Program-made: the position numbers and the translations under genes
Source: an uncultured Flavobacteriales bacterium
GTDB lineage: Bacteria; Bacteroidota; Bacteroidia; Flavobacteriales; UBA7312
Length of the DNA: 52,205 nucleotides
Direction: 5' to 3'
NCBI GenBank assembly: GCA_963991165.1
Contig: CAXDOW010000001.1
Coordinates: 1-52,205 of the forward strand
The notes under the pieces: model-generated
Database searches by the model: none
What the model was told of the DNA's origin: nothing
What the model saw: only the letters and a program-made list of their open reading frames with translations
Shown here: positions 18,926 through 29,420 of the stretch, one piece after another
Layout of the letters: every line of letters starts with the position of its first letter
Position numbering within the stretch: the first letter of the stretch is position 1

Positions 18926-19747
18926 ATGACTAAAATTACTGCTGCTGACGTCAATGCTTTAAGAAAGCAAACAGGAGCTGGAATGATGGATTGCAAAAAA
19001 GCCCTAGTCGAGGCACAAGGCGACATGTCAAAAGCCGTTGACATTTTAAGAAAGAAAGGACAAAAAGTAGCTGCCAATAGAGCAGATAGAGAGGCCTCTG
19101 AGGGAGTCGTTATTTCTGCTACAGATGGTCAATTCGGAGCATTGATTGCCCTTAATTGTGAAACTGATTTTGTTGCAAAAAATGAAGGTTTTGTAGCATT
19201 AGCAAAATCATTCCTTGATGTGGCCATGGCTCAAAAACCCACTAATTTAAACGAGTTAAAGGCCTGTCAATTAGAAGGAATGACCATCGAAGAAAAAATT
19301 ACTGAACAAACGGGTGTCATAGGTGAGAAATTAGATTTATCATCGTACGAGACTGTTCAAGCCTCTCAAGTGGCTTCTTACATACATAGTGGAAATCGAC
19401 TTGCCACTCTAGTTGGTTTAACCAAATCAGTAGATCAACAAGTAGGAAAAGACGTGGCTATGCAAGTCGCTGCGATGAACCCTGTTGCTGTTGACAAAGA
19501 CGCAGTTTCTCAAGACATCATTGACAAAGAACTAGAAGTGGCCAAGGATTTAGCCAGACAAGAGGGCAAGCCAGAAGACATGTTAGACAAAATTGCCATG
19601 GGCAGATTAAACAAGTTCTTTAAAGAAAACACATTGCTCAATCAGGAATTCATTAAAGAATCTAAAACCTCAGTTTCCCAATATTTGGGCAAAATCGATA
19701 GCGGACTGAGTGTGACCGAGTTTAAGAGAGTAGGCCTTGGTGTCTAA
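18926..19747 (+). CDS. tsf: translation elongation factor Ts
   Basis: Start set to ATG 18926 (MTKITAADVNALRKQTGAGMMDCKKAL, the canonical EF-Ts N-terminus). The track ORF runs upstream into rpsB in another frame. Confidence 0.94.
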   Translation: MTKITAADVNALRKQTGAGMMDCKKALVEAQGDMSKAVDILRKKGQKVAANRADREASEGVVISATDGQFGALIALNCETDFVAKNEGFVALAKSFLDVAMAQKPTNLNELKACQLEGMTIEEKITEQTGVIGEKLDLSSYETVQASQVASYIHSGNRLATLVGLTKSVDQQVGKDVAMQVAAMNPVAVDKDAVSQDIIDKELEVAKDLARQEGKPEDMLDKIAMGRLNKFFKENTLLNQEFIKESKTSVSQYLGKIDSGLSVTEFKRVGLGV

Positions 19748-19762
19748 TTCGAGCGATATGTA

Positions 19763-19790
19763 AGAGAGTGTTTTTCACTCTCTTTTTTTT
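19763..19790 (+). terminator. rho-independent terminator after tsf
   Basis: AGAGAGTG TTTTT CACTCTCT followed by a T7 run, 16 nt after the tsf stop. Confidence 0.85.
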
Positions 19791-19794
19791 GACT

Positions 19795-19802
19795 TAAATT
19801 TG
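19795..19802 (+). promoter_or_regulatory. -7 box candidate (TAAATTTG) for pyrH-frr
   Basis: Matches TAnnTTTG, directly after the tsf terminator and 6 nt upstream of ATG 19809. Confidence 0.4.
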
Positions 19803-19808
19803 CTGACA

Positions 19809-20516
19809 ATGAAATATAAACGAATCCTTTTAAAACTAAGCGGTGAAGCGCTCATGGGTGAAAAGAACTTCGGAATTGACACACGAAAGTTGACCGCCTA
19901 TGCCAATGAAATAAAAAGTGCCGTTGACTTTGGTGTAGAAGTAGCGATTGTTATTGGCGGTGGAAATATTTTTAGAGGTGTTCAAGTAGAAGGGCAAGGC
20001 CTAGATAGAGTTCAAGGAGATTATATGGGTATGTTAGCCACCATCATAAATGGAATGGCACTTCAATCAGCATTGGAAAAAGAACATGTCGAAACTCGAT
20101 TGTTATCGGCCATAAAAATGGAGCAAATAGCCGAACCTTTTATCCGCAGACGCTCCATACGCCATTTGCAAAAGGGTAGAGTCGTTATTTTTGGTGGTGG
20201 TACTGGTAATCCTTATTTTACTACCGATACTGCCGCTACTTTACGTGCAATAGAAATTGAAGCCGATGTCATTCTTAAAGGTACACGAGTTGATGGAATA
20301 TATACAGCCGATCCTGAAAAAGATAAGTCAGCTACCAAATACGATCACATCACCTTCAAAGAAGTCTATGAGAAAGAACTAAATATCATGGACATGACTG
20401 CCTTTACCTTGTGTAATGAAAACAAACTGCCAATTGTAGTATTTGACATTAACAAAAAGAATAATTTATTGAACATGTTGAAAGGAGAACCCATAGGTAC
20501 TCTTGTCAACTTTTAA
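19809..20516 (+). CDS. pyrH: UMP kinase
   Basis: [16 protein letters not shown]-terminus. ATG 19809 is preferred because the track's TTG 19800 lies inside a TAAATTTG -7 box. Confidence 0.93.
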   Translation: MKYKRILLKLSGEALMGEKNFGIDTRKLTAYANEIKSAVDFGVEVAIVIGGGNIFRGVQVEGQGLDRVQGDYMGMLATIINGMALQSALEKEHVETRLLSAIKMEQIAEPFIRRRSIRHLQKGRVVIFGGGTGNPYFTTDTAATLRAIEIEADVILKGTRVDGIYTADPEKDKSATKYDHITFKEVYEKELNIMDMTAFTLCNENKLPIVVFDINKKNNLLNMLKGEPIGTLVNF

Positions 20517-20526
20517 ATATACACCG

Positions 20527-21081
20527 ATGGAAGAAATTAGTCTTATATTAGATCATGCCAAAGAAAATATGGAAAGCTCACTCAAACACCTCGAGTTGGC
20601 TTTTTCAAAAATTAGAGCAGGTAAAGCATCTCCTCAAATGCTTGACGGCATTACCATTGACTACTATGGTTCTCAAACTCCCCTTTCGCAAGCATCCAAT
20701 ATTAATACGCCCGACGGAAGAACCATCTCGGTTCAACCATGGGATAAATCATTACTGGACGTCATTGAAAAAGCAATCATTGATGCCAACTTAGGATTTA
20801 ATCCAATGAATAATGGTGAAATGATTATGATAAATGTTCCACCTTTAACAGAAGAGAGAAGGCAACAACTCGTCAAACAAGCTAAAGCAGAAACCGAAAA
20901 TGCCAAGGTTAGCATAAGAAATGCTAGAAAAGAAGCCAATGATGAATTGAAAAAACTGGAAGGTATTTCGGAAGACATATTAAAAGATTCAGAACTTGAT
21001 ATTCAACATATTACTGATGATTTCAGTTCAAAAGTAGTTGAATTTTTCAACAAAAAAGAATCCGAAATATTGACGGTCTAA
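20527..21081 (+). CDS. frr: ribosome recycling factor
   Basis: 184 aa from ATG 20527 (MEEISLILDHAKENM...KASPQMLDGITIDYYGSQTPL). The track extension overlaps the end of pyrH. Confidence 0.93.
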   Translation: MEEISLILDHAKENMESSLKHLELAFSKIRAGKASPQMLDGITIDYYGSQTPLSQASNINTPDGRTISVQPWDKSLLDVIEKAIIDANLGFNPMNNGEMIMINVPPLTEERRQQLVKQAKAETENAKVSIRNARKEANDELKKLEGISEDILKDSELDIQHITDDFSSKVVEFFNKKESEILTV

Positions 21082-21151
21082 ACCAACAAGATTCCCGCAA
21101 ATTTCTCCTAATTTTTATCTAGCTTTTTTTATACACTGTCTTATATTTAAG

Positions 21152-21159
21152 TACTTTTG
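21152..21159 (+). promoter_or_regulatory. -7 box candidate (TACTTTTG) for MMPL-rfbA-polyprenyl synthase
   Basis: Matches TAnnTTTG, 24 nt upstream of ATG 21184. It is the same octamer as at rplM and the LTD cluster. Confidence 0.45.
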
Positions 21160-21183
21160 AGAACTTAAAATACGTCTATTTTT

Positions 21184-23556
21184 ATGTGGCTGTTTATTGC
21201 TAAAATAATTCTTAGGTACCGTTCCGTCTTTATTTGGTTAATACTTATTGCCACCTATTTCATGATTCAACAAGGTCAAAGTGTTCAGTTATCCTACTCT
21301 ATGGCCAACCTTTTGCCCAAAAACTCTCAGGTTCAAAAAGACCATAATTTCTTTGTTGAAAAGTTTGGTATAAGGGATAACGTTATGATTATTGGCATAA
21401 AATCCCAGGTTGTTAATGACATCAAGGTCTTTAGTTCTTGGAAAAAACTACAAGAAAACATTAAACAAATAAACGGCGTTGAATCGGTTCATTCTATTGT
21501 GGATGCCGTCGATTTAATAAAAGATAAAATCGAAAAACAACTTTTATTACAATCTGTTTTTGATGAGGTGAAGAACCAACAACAATTAGAGAAGGCGACA
21601 GAAAAATTAAACAACCTTCCTTTTTACGAAAACACCTTATCAACGGATAGTACATCCATTATGTTAGTGTCGTTAGATAATGATTTTATCACGAGTGATA
21701 AAAGGATTCAACTAATGGAAGATATAACTGCATTGGGACACACCTTTTATGATGAAACTAATACCGAACTTTTATTTTCAGGACTTCCCTATATCCGAAC
21801 GATAAATGCTGAGCTTATCAGAAATGAAGTGGGTTTATTTATATTACTAGCCATCATAGTTACGGCCATTATTTTATTCTTCTTCTTTCGTTCTTTTAGT
21901 GCCATGATCAGTTCTATGCTGGTAGTGGCTATTGGAGTCATATTTTCATTTGGCACACTAGGAATTTTGAATTATGATATTACTATCCTAACGGCTTTAA
22001 TTCCTCCTTTATTGATAGTCATTGGTGTACCCAATTGTATTTTTCTTATCAATAAATACCACAATGAGTTTAAAAAGCATGGAAATAAATCCAAGTCACT
22101 GGTGCAAATGATAAGACGAGTTGGAAATATTACCATTTTAACCAATACCACTACGGCTCTTGGCTTTGCAACATTTATTATTACATCTAGTAAAGACCTC
22201 AGACAGTTTGGATTAGTAGCTTCGCTCAATATTTTTGCAGTTTTTATTATTTCCTTACTGCTCATCCCAATTATTCTTAGCTTTTTAAAATCACCAGAAG
22301 AGAAACAAACCAAGCATTTAGACAGAAAGTGGCTCAATGCACTGCTTAATAGGTTAACTTACATTGTATTAAATCAAAGACAACGTATTTATATCATTAC
22401 CACTTTCATTATTGCGGTGGGCATATACGGACTTTTACAGATGAGAATAGCGGGTAATATTACTGATGATATGCCAAAAGATTCCGATTTATACCAAAAT
22501 ATAAAGTTTTTCGAAAGGCATTATAATTCGGTCATGCCTTTAGAGATTATCATTGATACACACCGAAAAAATGGCATAACAAAATTGTCGACCTTACGAC
22601 GCATCAACCAATTTAATGATACTCTAAAAACCTATTCTGAGTTTTCTCGCTCGTTATCACTCATAGACCCTATTAAATTTTCAAAGCAAGCCCTTTATAA
22701 TGGAAACAAAGCATTTTATGAGTTGCCCAATTCTCAAGAAAAACGATGGTTGTTAGACTATACCATCAAAAGCGAAACAAATAATTGGATAAATTCATTT
22801 GTAGATGAAAACAGGCAGTTAGGACGGATTAGTTTGAACGTCGCCGATATAGGAACCACCCGAATGAATCAAATTAAAGACATACTTCAACAACAAGCAG
22901 AAGCAATCTTTGATCCCAACACATACGATGTTTTTATCACGGGCACCAGTGTTGTGTTTTTAAAAGGAACGACCTATTTAGTGAAAAATTTATTTGTTAG
23001 TTTGTTACTAGCCATACTGCTCATTTCCTTTTTTATGGCATGGATGTTCAACTCCTTTAGAATGGTCATGGTTTCTTTAATTCCTAACCTCATTCCATTA
23101 TTAGTGACGGCTTCTATTATGGGTTTCTTTGGAATATCCATTAAACCCTCAACCATATTAGTATTTAGTATTGCCTTTGGTATTTCCGTTGACGATACCA
23201 TACATTTTTTGGCTAAATACAGACAAGAATTACGACACAATAATTACAATATTAGCAATTCGGTGGTAGCCGCAATCAAAGAAACCGGAGTGAGTATGTT
23301 TTATACCTCAATTGTTTTATTCTTTGGATTTTTTATATTTATAGCATCTCAATTTGGAGGCACGTTGGCTCTCGGACTATTGGTTTCAATAACATTGCTC
23401 ATTGCACTATTATCAAACCTCATTGTTTTGCCAGCGCTATTAATGAGTTTAGAAAAGTCAATTATATTAGAAGCAGTTAACGATCCTCTTTTGGACGTTT
23501 TTGACGAAGAACAAGACATTGAGTTAAAAGATTTAACCCTAAATAATAACAAATAA
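21184..23556 (+). CDS. MMPL/RND superfamily exporter (HpnN-like lipid transporter family)
   Basis: 790 aa. Two multi-TM bundles, each preceded by a large soluble domain, which is the RND/SSD-type topology. Confidence 0.85.
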   Translation: MWLFIAKIILRYRSVFIWLILIATYFMIQQGQSVQLSYSMANLLPKNSQVQKDHNFFVEKFGIRDNVMIIGIKSQVVNDIKVFSSWKKLQENIKQINGVESVHSIVDAVDLIKDKIEKQLLLQSVFDEVKNQQQLEKATEKLNNLPFYENTLSTDSTSIMLVSLDNDFITSDKRIQLMEDITALGHTFYDETNTELLFSGLPYIRTINAELIRNEVGLFILLAIIVTAIILFFFFRSFSAMISSMLVVAIGVIFSFGTLGILNYDITILTALIPPLLIVIGVPNCIFLINKYHNEFKKHGNKSKSLVQMIRRVGNITILTNTTTALGFATFIITSSKDLRQFGLVASLNIFAVFIISLLLIPIILSFLKSPEEKQTKHLDRKWLNALLNRLTYIVLNQRQRIYIITTFIIAVGIYGLLQMRIAGNITDDMPKDSDLYQNIKFFERHYNSVMPLEIIIDTHRKNGITKLSTLRRINQFNDTLKTYSEFSRSLSLIDPIKFSKQALYNGNKAFYELPNSQEKRWLLDYTIKSETNNWINSFVDENRQLGRISLNVADIGTTRMNQIKDILQQQAEAIFDPNTYDVFITGTSVVFLKGTTYLVKNLFVSLLLAILLISFFMAWMFNSFRMVMVSLIPNLIPLLVTASIMGFFGISIKPSTILVFSIAFGISVDDTIHFLAKYRQELRHNNYNISNSVVAAIKETGVSMFYTSIVLFFGFFIFIASQFGGTLALGLLVSITLLIALLSNLIVLPALLMSLEKSIILEAVNDPLLDVFDEEQDIELKDLTLNNNK

Positions 23557-24410
23557 TGAAAGGCATCATTTTAGCTGGAGGATCGGGAACGCGACTTCAT
23601 CCACTTACGCTAAGCGTCAGCAAACAAGCGCTACCTGTGTATGATAAACCAATGATTTATTATCCACTTTCAACCCTTTTATTTTCTGGGATTCGAGAAA
23701 TATTAATTATCTCGACGCCTCACGATTTACCAGTGTTCCAACGCCTTCTTGGAGATGGAAGTTCATTAGGTTGTCGTTTTGAATACAAAGTCCAAGATGT
23801 TCCCAATGGATTAGCTCAAGCATTTGTGCTAGGTGAAGAGTTTATTGGAAATGACAAAGTCTGTTTGATATTAGGTGATAATATTTTTTACATGAAAAGC
23901 AGAATCTTGCAATCGTGTACTGAAGTTGACGGTGGGATTGTTTTTGGCTATCACGTCAATGACCCTGAGAGGTATGGTGTCGTTGAATACGATGATGAAA
24001 ATAACGTCATTAGTATCGAAGAAAAACCCCAATATCCCAAGTCAAACTATGCCGTTCCAGGATTGTATTTTTATGATAACCAAGTCATTGAAATTGCAAA
24101 GAACATACAACCATCGGCCCGTGGTGAATACGAAATTACCGATGTCAATGTAGAGTATCTCAAACGAAATAAGCTAAAAGTACAAACCCTAGGTCGTGGT
24201 AATGCTTGGCTGGATACTGGAACATTCAAGTCACTCATGCAAGCCAGTCAGTTTGTGCAAGTCATTGAAGATCGACAAGGACGAAAAATAGGATGTATAG
24301 AAGAAGCCGCTTTTAAAATGGGCTTTATCGACCAAGACCAATTAAAACAATTGGCTCAACCACTACTAAAAAGTGGCTATGGAAATTACCTTCTGTCATT
24401 AATAAAATAA
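23556..24410 (+). CDS. rfbA: glucose-1-phosphate thymidylyltransferase
   Basis: 284 aa. [18 protein letters not shown] nucleotidyltransferase motif. The start overlaps the MMPL stop by 1 nt (TAATG). Confidence 0.92.
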   Translation: MKGIILAGGSGTRLHPLTLSVSKQALPVYDKPMIYYPLSTLLFSGIREILIISTPHDLPVFQRLLGDGSSLGCRFEYKVQDVPNGLAQAFVLGEEFIGNDKVCLILGDNIFYMKSRILQSCTEVDGGIVFGYHVNDPERYGVVEYDDENNVISIEEKPQYPKSNYAVPGLYFYDNQVIEIAKNIQPSARGEYEITDVNVEYLKRNKLKVQTLGRGNAWLDTGTFKSLMQASQFVQVIEDRQGRKIGCIEEAAFKMGFIDQDQLKQLAQPLLKSGYGNYLLSLIK

Positions 24411-24411
24411 T

Positions 24412-25377
24412 ATGCAGTCAATCGATTCATTAAGACGAATAGTAGAGCAAGAATTGCTAAGTATAAACTACCCCAAAACACCGGTTGATTTATACGCTCC
24501 CATCGAATACATCTTATCCTTGGGAGGAAAACGAATGCGTCCCATTCTTTTACTATTAGCTCATCAGGTTTTCAAAAAAGATATTCAAGATGCTATAAAA
24601 CCTTCATTAGCCATTGAAATATTTCATAATTTCACCCTTGTCCATGACGATATTATGGACCAAGCACCAGTCAGAAGAGGCAAACATACAGTACATACCA
24701 AATGGAACAAGAATGTAGCGATACTCTGCGGAGATGCCATGCTTATTCAGTCCTACCAATACTTTAGTCATTTGCCAGCACAACAGTTGAAAACGTGCTT
24801 AACACTGTTTAATGAAATGGCCTTACAAGTCTGTGAGGGCCAACAATATGACATGGATTTTGAAATTCAAGCCGAAGTTGACTTACAATCGTATCTTAAA
24901 ATGATAGAATTGAAAACGGCCGTGTTATTGGGAGCAGCTCTTAAAATAGGAGCCACAATTGGAGGGGCTTCTGAGCGGGAAGCCCATCAACTCTATGAAT
25001 TTGGCAGAAATTTAGGAATTGCGTTTCAGCTAAAAGACGATTTATTAGATGTGTTTGGTGATTCAGACGCTTTTGGTAAGCAACACGGAGGAGACATCAT
25101 TGCAAAAAAGAAGACCGGTCTATACCTAAAAGCCCTGTCACTGTGTGAAGGCAATCAAAAGATGAATCTCATCAACTTGTACAATGCTGAACAAATCAAT
25201 CCTACCGAAAAAGTAGAATCGGTAAAAGAAATTTTTATTTCTTTAGAGGTAGAAAATCACATCATCGAGCTCATCAACGACTATTACGAAAAAGCACTAT
25301 TTCATTTACAATCCATTGAAAAAGAAGTCCATGAATTAGAAGCATTTGCCTCCCTTCTCAAAAGACGAGAAAGCTGA
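24412..25377 (+). CDS. polyprenyl diphosphate synthase family protein
   Basis: 321 aa. First Asp-rich motif LVHDDIMD and second KDDLLD. 1-nt spacer after rfbA. Confidence 0.9.
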   Translation: MQSIDSLRRIVEQELLSINYPKTPVDLYAPIEYILSLGGKRMRPILLLLAHQVFKKDIQDAIKPSLAIEIFHNFTLVHDDIMDQAPVRRGKHTVHTKWNKNVAILCGDAMLIQSYQYFSHLPAQQLKTCLTLFNEMALQVCEGQQYDMDFEIQAEVDLQSYLKMIELKTAVLLGAALKIGATIGGASEREAHQLYEFGRNLGIAFQLKDDLLDVFGDSDAFGKQHGGDIIAKKKTGLYLKALSLCEGNQKMNLINLYNAEQINPTEKVESVKEIFISLEVENHIIELINDYYEKALFHLQSIEKEVHELEAFASLLKRRES

Positions 25378-25439
25378 TTTGTACTTCTTTTACATGTCAA
25401 ATTGATTTGAATAATCATTCATAAATAAAGAAAATTCAA

Positions 25440-25447
25440 TAGCTTTG
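25440..25447 (+). promoter_or_regulatory. -7 box candidate (TAGCTTTG) for sucAB
   Basis: Matches TAnnTTTG, 17 nt upstream of ATG 25465. Confidence 0.4.
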
Positions 25448-25464
25448 TATAACTAGAGGTACTG

Positions 25465-28173
25465 ATGGCAAAAAAATATTCATTTCTAGGGGCGTTACAT
25501 TCTAACATGATAGAACTCATGTATGAACAGTACATTCAAGACCCAGAATCTATCAATGAAGAATGGCGTCAATTCTTTAGGGGGTATGACTTTTCTAATG
25601 AAGTTTATACCCACGACGATGAGGTGTCAGAAAACTTCAAGAAGGAATTTCAAGTCATTAATCTCATCAATGCCTATCGTAAACGGGGCCATCTGTTCAC
25701 ACAAACCAATCCCGTTAGGGACCGTAGAAAATATTCTCCAACCTTAGATATTGAAAACTTTGGATTGGATGCCACCGACTTAGACACTGTTTTTCAAGCG
25801 GGAACAGAAGTGGGCATAGGCCCATCGACGCTAAAAGATATTATTACCCACCTCAAGCAAGTCTATTGTCAGTCCATAGGGGTAGAGTACATGTACATTC
25901 GAAAACCCGATCAAGTCGAATGGATAAAAAACCGACTGCACAAAAACAGTAACACCCCCTCGTTTAGCATTGAAGAAAAAAAACAACTATTAAGAAAATT
26001 AAATCAGGCCGTTGCCTTTGAAAGTTTTTTACATAAAAAGTTTGTTGGTCAAAAGCGTTTTTCTTTAGAAGGAGCTGAGTCACTTATTCCCGCCCTTGAT
26101 ATACTCATTGAAAAAGGAGCCGAATTAGGCGTTGAAGAATTTGTAATGGGAATGGCACACCGTGGTCGTCTCAATGTGTTAGCCAACATCTTTAATAAAA
26201 CCTACCGCGATATTTTCTCCGAATTTGAAGGAAAAGAATACGATGATAATTTATTTTCAGGTGATGTCAAATACCATCTTGGATTCACTTCTGAGCAAGT
26301 ATGCAACAATGCCAAGAAAGTTAAAATGTCGCTTTCTCCCAACCCCTCCCACTTGGAAGCCGTTGACCCAGTAGTTCAAGGTCTGTCAAGAGCCAAAATT
26401 GACCATCAGTATCAAGGCGACCATTCAAAGTTAGTTCCTATACTCATTCATGGCGATGCGGCACTAGCAGGTCAAGGAGTCGTATACGAAGTCATTCAAA
26501 TGGCACAATTAGACGGCTATAAAACAGGTGGAACCATACACATTGTTATAAATAACCAAGTGGGTTTTACCACGAATTACTTGGACGCACGCTCCAGTAC
26601 CTATTGCACCGATGTCGGTAAAGTAACGCTGTCGCCAGTCTTTCACGTGAATGGCGATGATGTAGAAGCCGTTGTTCATGCCATGCAAATAGCCACTGAA
26701 TATCGACAGAAGTTTCATAAAGATGTGTTCATTGACTTGCTGTGTTACAGAAAGTATGGTCATAATGAGGGCGATGAGCCTCGATTTACTCAGCCCATGC
26801 TTTACAAAGCCATTAGTAAGCATCCCAATCCTAGGGAAATATATAATCAAAAGCTAATCAATGAAGGCGTAGTTGGAGCCAACATCGCTCAGGAAATGGC
26901 TCAAGAATTTAAACAACTTCTTCAAGATCGATTTGATGAATCTAAAGAGATAGAAAAAGCACGTATCACTCCCTTTATGCAAAGCGAGTGGCAAGGACTT
27001 AGAAAATCCAATGATGACGATTTTGTTCAATCGCCCAATACGTCTGTACCAATGAATACGCTCAAGCAAGTGGCATCTACTCTTTACAACATTCCCCAAA
27101 AAGAGTCATTATTTAAAAAGACCCAACGCTTACTCTCTGACCAACAAAAAATGGTAGAAGAAAGCAATCAATTAGATTGGGGAATGGCCGAACTATTGGC
27201 ATACGGCACACTTTTACATGAAGGTCATCCCGTCAGACTTAGTGGGCAGGATGTAGAACGAGGCACCTTTTCCCATCGACATGCCGTATTGAAACTAGAA
27301 GAATCCGAGCAAGAAATTATCCCTTTAAATTCCGTCAATCCCAATGTGCGATTTGAGGCCTATAATTCCCTTCTTTCCGAATATGGAGTATTGGGCTTTG
27401 ACTATGGCTTTGCCATGGCAAGCCCAAACACCCTAACGCTTTGGGAAGCCCAGTTTGGTGATTTTGCCAATGGTGCACAAATTATGATTGATCAGTTTAT
27501 AGCATCGGCAGAAGATAAATGGCGAACCATGAACGGTCTCGTCATGTTACTACCACACGGCTATGAAGGGCAAGGTGCCGAACACTCCAGTGCTCGAATG
27601 GAACGCTTTTTGCAACTGTGTGCATTACACAACATGCAAATTGTCAATTGCACCACTCCCGCCAACTTTTTTCACGTACTAAGGCGGCAATTAAAACGTG
27701 ATTTTAGAAAACCACTAATTGTTTTCACTCCCAAAAGTTTATTGCGCCACTCCTTATGTATATCAACACTTGAGGAATTAGCTAGTGGGCGATTTCAAGA
27801 ACTTATAGACGATAATGAAGCTCAACCCAAGGAGGTGAAAAAAGTAGTGTTTTGTAGCGGCAAACTATACTATGAACTGTGGCAAGAGAAACAAACATTA
27901 CATCGCTCTGATGTGGCACTTATTCGATTGGAACAGTTATACCCCTTACCCATTGAACAAATAGAAAGTACCATTGCCAAATACGATTGTAAAACCATCG
28001 TTTGGGCTCAAGAAGAACCACAAAATATGGGTGCTTGGACTCATATTTTGAACCGATTAAGACATATCCCTTTTGAACTTGTTTCTAGAAGGGCAAGTGC
28101 AGCGACAGCTAGCGGTTCACCAAAGCAAGCAGCCAATAGACAACGATTAATAATTGATGAAGTTTTTAAATAG
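25465..28173 (+). CDS. sucA: 2-oxoglutarate dehydrogenase E1 component
   Basis: 902 aa. ThDP-dependent E1o motifs HGDAALAGQGVVYE and GYEGQGAEHSSAR. Confidence 0.95.
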   Translation: MAKKYSFLGALHSNMIELMYEQYIQDPESINEEWRQFFRGYDFSNEVYTHDDEVSENFKKEFQVINLINAYRKRGHLFTQTNPVRDRRKYSPTLDIENFGLDATDLDTVFQAGTEVGIGPSTLKDIITHLKQVYCQSIGVEYMYIRKPDQVEWIKNRLHKNSNTPSFSIEEKKQLLRKLNQAVAFESFLHKKFVGQKRFSLEGAESLIPALDILIEKGAELGVEEFVMGMAHRGRLNVLANIFNKTYRDIFSEFEGKEYDDNLFSGDVKYHLGFTSEQVCNNAKKVKMSLSPNPSHLEAVDPVVQGLSRAKIDHQYQGDHSKLVPILIHGDAALAGQGVVYEVIQMAQLDGYKTGGTIHIVINNQVGFTTNYLDARSSTYCTDVGKVTLSPVFHVNGDDVEAVVHAMQIATEYRQKFHKDVFIDLLCYRKYGHNEGDEPRFTQPMLYKAISKHPNPREIYNQKLINEGVVGANIAQEMAQEFKQLLQDRFDESKEIEKARITPFMQSEWQGLRKSNDDDFVQSPNTSVPMNTLKQVASTLYNIPQKESLFKKTQRLLSDQQKMVEESNQLDWGMAELLAYGTLLHEGHPVRLSGQDVERGTFSHRHAVLKLEESEQEIIPLNSVNPNVRFEAYNSLLSEYGVLGFDYGFAMASPNTLTLWEAQFGDFANGAQIMIDQFIASAEDKWRTMNGLVMLLPHGYEGQGAEHSSARMERFLQLCALHNMQIVNCTTPANFFHVLRRQLKRDFRKPLIVFTPKSLLRHSLCISTLEELASGRFQELIDDNEAQPKEVKKVVFCSGKLYYELWQEKQTLHRSDVALIRLEQLYPLPIEQIESTIAKYDCKTIVWAQEEPQNMGAWTHILNRLRHIPFELVSRRASAATASGSPKQAANRQRLIIDEVFK

Positions 28174-28179
28174 AACAGT

Positions 28180-29367
28180 ATGCTATTAGAAATGAAAGTA
28201 CCCAGTCCCGGAGAGTCCATCTCAGAAGTAGAAATCGCCCAATGGTTGGTAGAAGACGGAGACTATGTAGAAAAGGATCAAGAAATTGCAGAGGTTGATT
28301 CTGACAAGGCCACCCTTGCTTTACCAGCCGAAGAAAGTGGCACTATCAAATTGGTGGCTGAAGAAGGCGATACCGTAGCTGTTGGTCAAGTAGTTTGTAT
28401 TATTGATACGGATGCTGTGGGTGAAGCCAAAGCTACTGCACCACCACATGAAGTCGCACCTCAAGTGGAAAATACACCTTCTACACCCACTAAAACTGTA
28501 GATACTAAAGCTACGCCACTAGCTAAAGCCATTATCTCACACAATGAGTTATCTGCCAAAGACGTCAGAGGGTCCGGTGAAGGCGGAAAGATTTTAAAAG
28601 ACGACGTGATGGAAGCTATGGCATCCGTCAAAACAGAAGGTCCTAGAGGCATGGAGCGTAAAAAAATGTCCATGCTTCGAAGAAAAGTCGCTCAGCGATT
28701 AGTCGCGGTGAAAAATGAAACAGCCATGCTAACTACTTTTAACGAAGTAGATATGTCGGCCATATTTGCCATACGCAACGAATACAAAGAGGCATTTAAG
28801 CAAAAATACGAGGTTAGTTTAGGGTTCATGTCATTCTTTACCAAAGCCATTACAACTGCATTGATGGAGTTTCCCGACGTGAATGCCCAGATAGATGGCA
28901 AAGAGATTATCTATCACAATTATGCCGACATCAGTATTGCGGTCAGTGCACCCAAAGGCCTTATGGTTCCCGTTATTCGAAACGCGGAGCTCATGAACTT
29001 TATGGAGGTCGAAAGCGAAGTCAAGCGATTGGCTTTACGTGCCAGAGATGGACACATTACTCCAGATGAAATGATAGGAGGTACTTTTACCATCACCAAC
29101 GGAGGTGTATTTGGATCCATGCTATCTACACCAATCATTAACCCTCCACAATCGGCCATTTTAGGTATGCATAATATTGTGGAGCGTCCTGTTGCTGTCA
29201 ACGGAAAAGTGGAGATAAGACCTATGATGTATGTGGCACTTTCCTATGATCATCGAATTATTGATGGAAGAGAATCGGTTGGATTTCTATGCCGTGTAAA
29301 AGAGTGCTTGGAAGACCCTAATACCCATCTACTTGATGGCGACATTAAGAAAAGTCTAGGGCTGTAG
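28180..29367 (+). CDS. sucB: dihydrolipoyllysine-residue succinyltransferase (2-oxoglutarate dehydrogenase E2)
   Basis: 395 aa. Lipoyl domain ([13 protein letters not shown]), E3-binding segment, and catalytic DHRIIDG. The start may instead be ATG 28192 (MKVPSPGES). Confidence 0.94.
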   Translation: MLLEMKVPSPGESISEVEIAQWLVEDGDYVEKDQEIAEVDSDKATLALPAEESGTIKLVAEEGDTVAVGQVVCIIDTDAVGEAKATAPPHEVAPQVENTPSTPTKTVDTKATPLAKAIISHNELSAKDVRGSGEGGKILKDDVMEAMASVKTEGPRGMERKKMSMLRRKVAQRLVAVKNETAMLTTFNEVDMSAIFAIRNEYKEAFKQKYEVSLGFMSFFTKAITTALMEFPDVNAQIDGKEIIYHNYADISIAVSAPKGLMVPVIRNAELMNFMEVESEVKRLALRARDGHITPDEMIGGTFTITNGGVFGSMLSTPIINPPQSAILGMHNIVERPVAVNGKVEIRPMMYVALSYDHRIIDGRESVGFLCRVKECLEDPNTHLLDGDIKKSLGL

Positions 29368-29420
29368 TTTTCCAATTGCAATTTACTTTAGCAATCAATC
29401 GTTATGGTCTAAAAGTGACT

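Noticed and set aside
25401-25423. Weak inverted repeat TGATT...AATCA upstream of sucA
   Set aside because: The arms are only 5 bp in AT-rich sequence, which is indistinguishable from chance.
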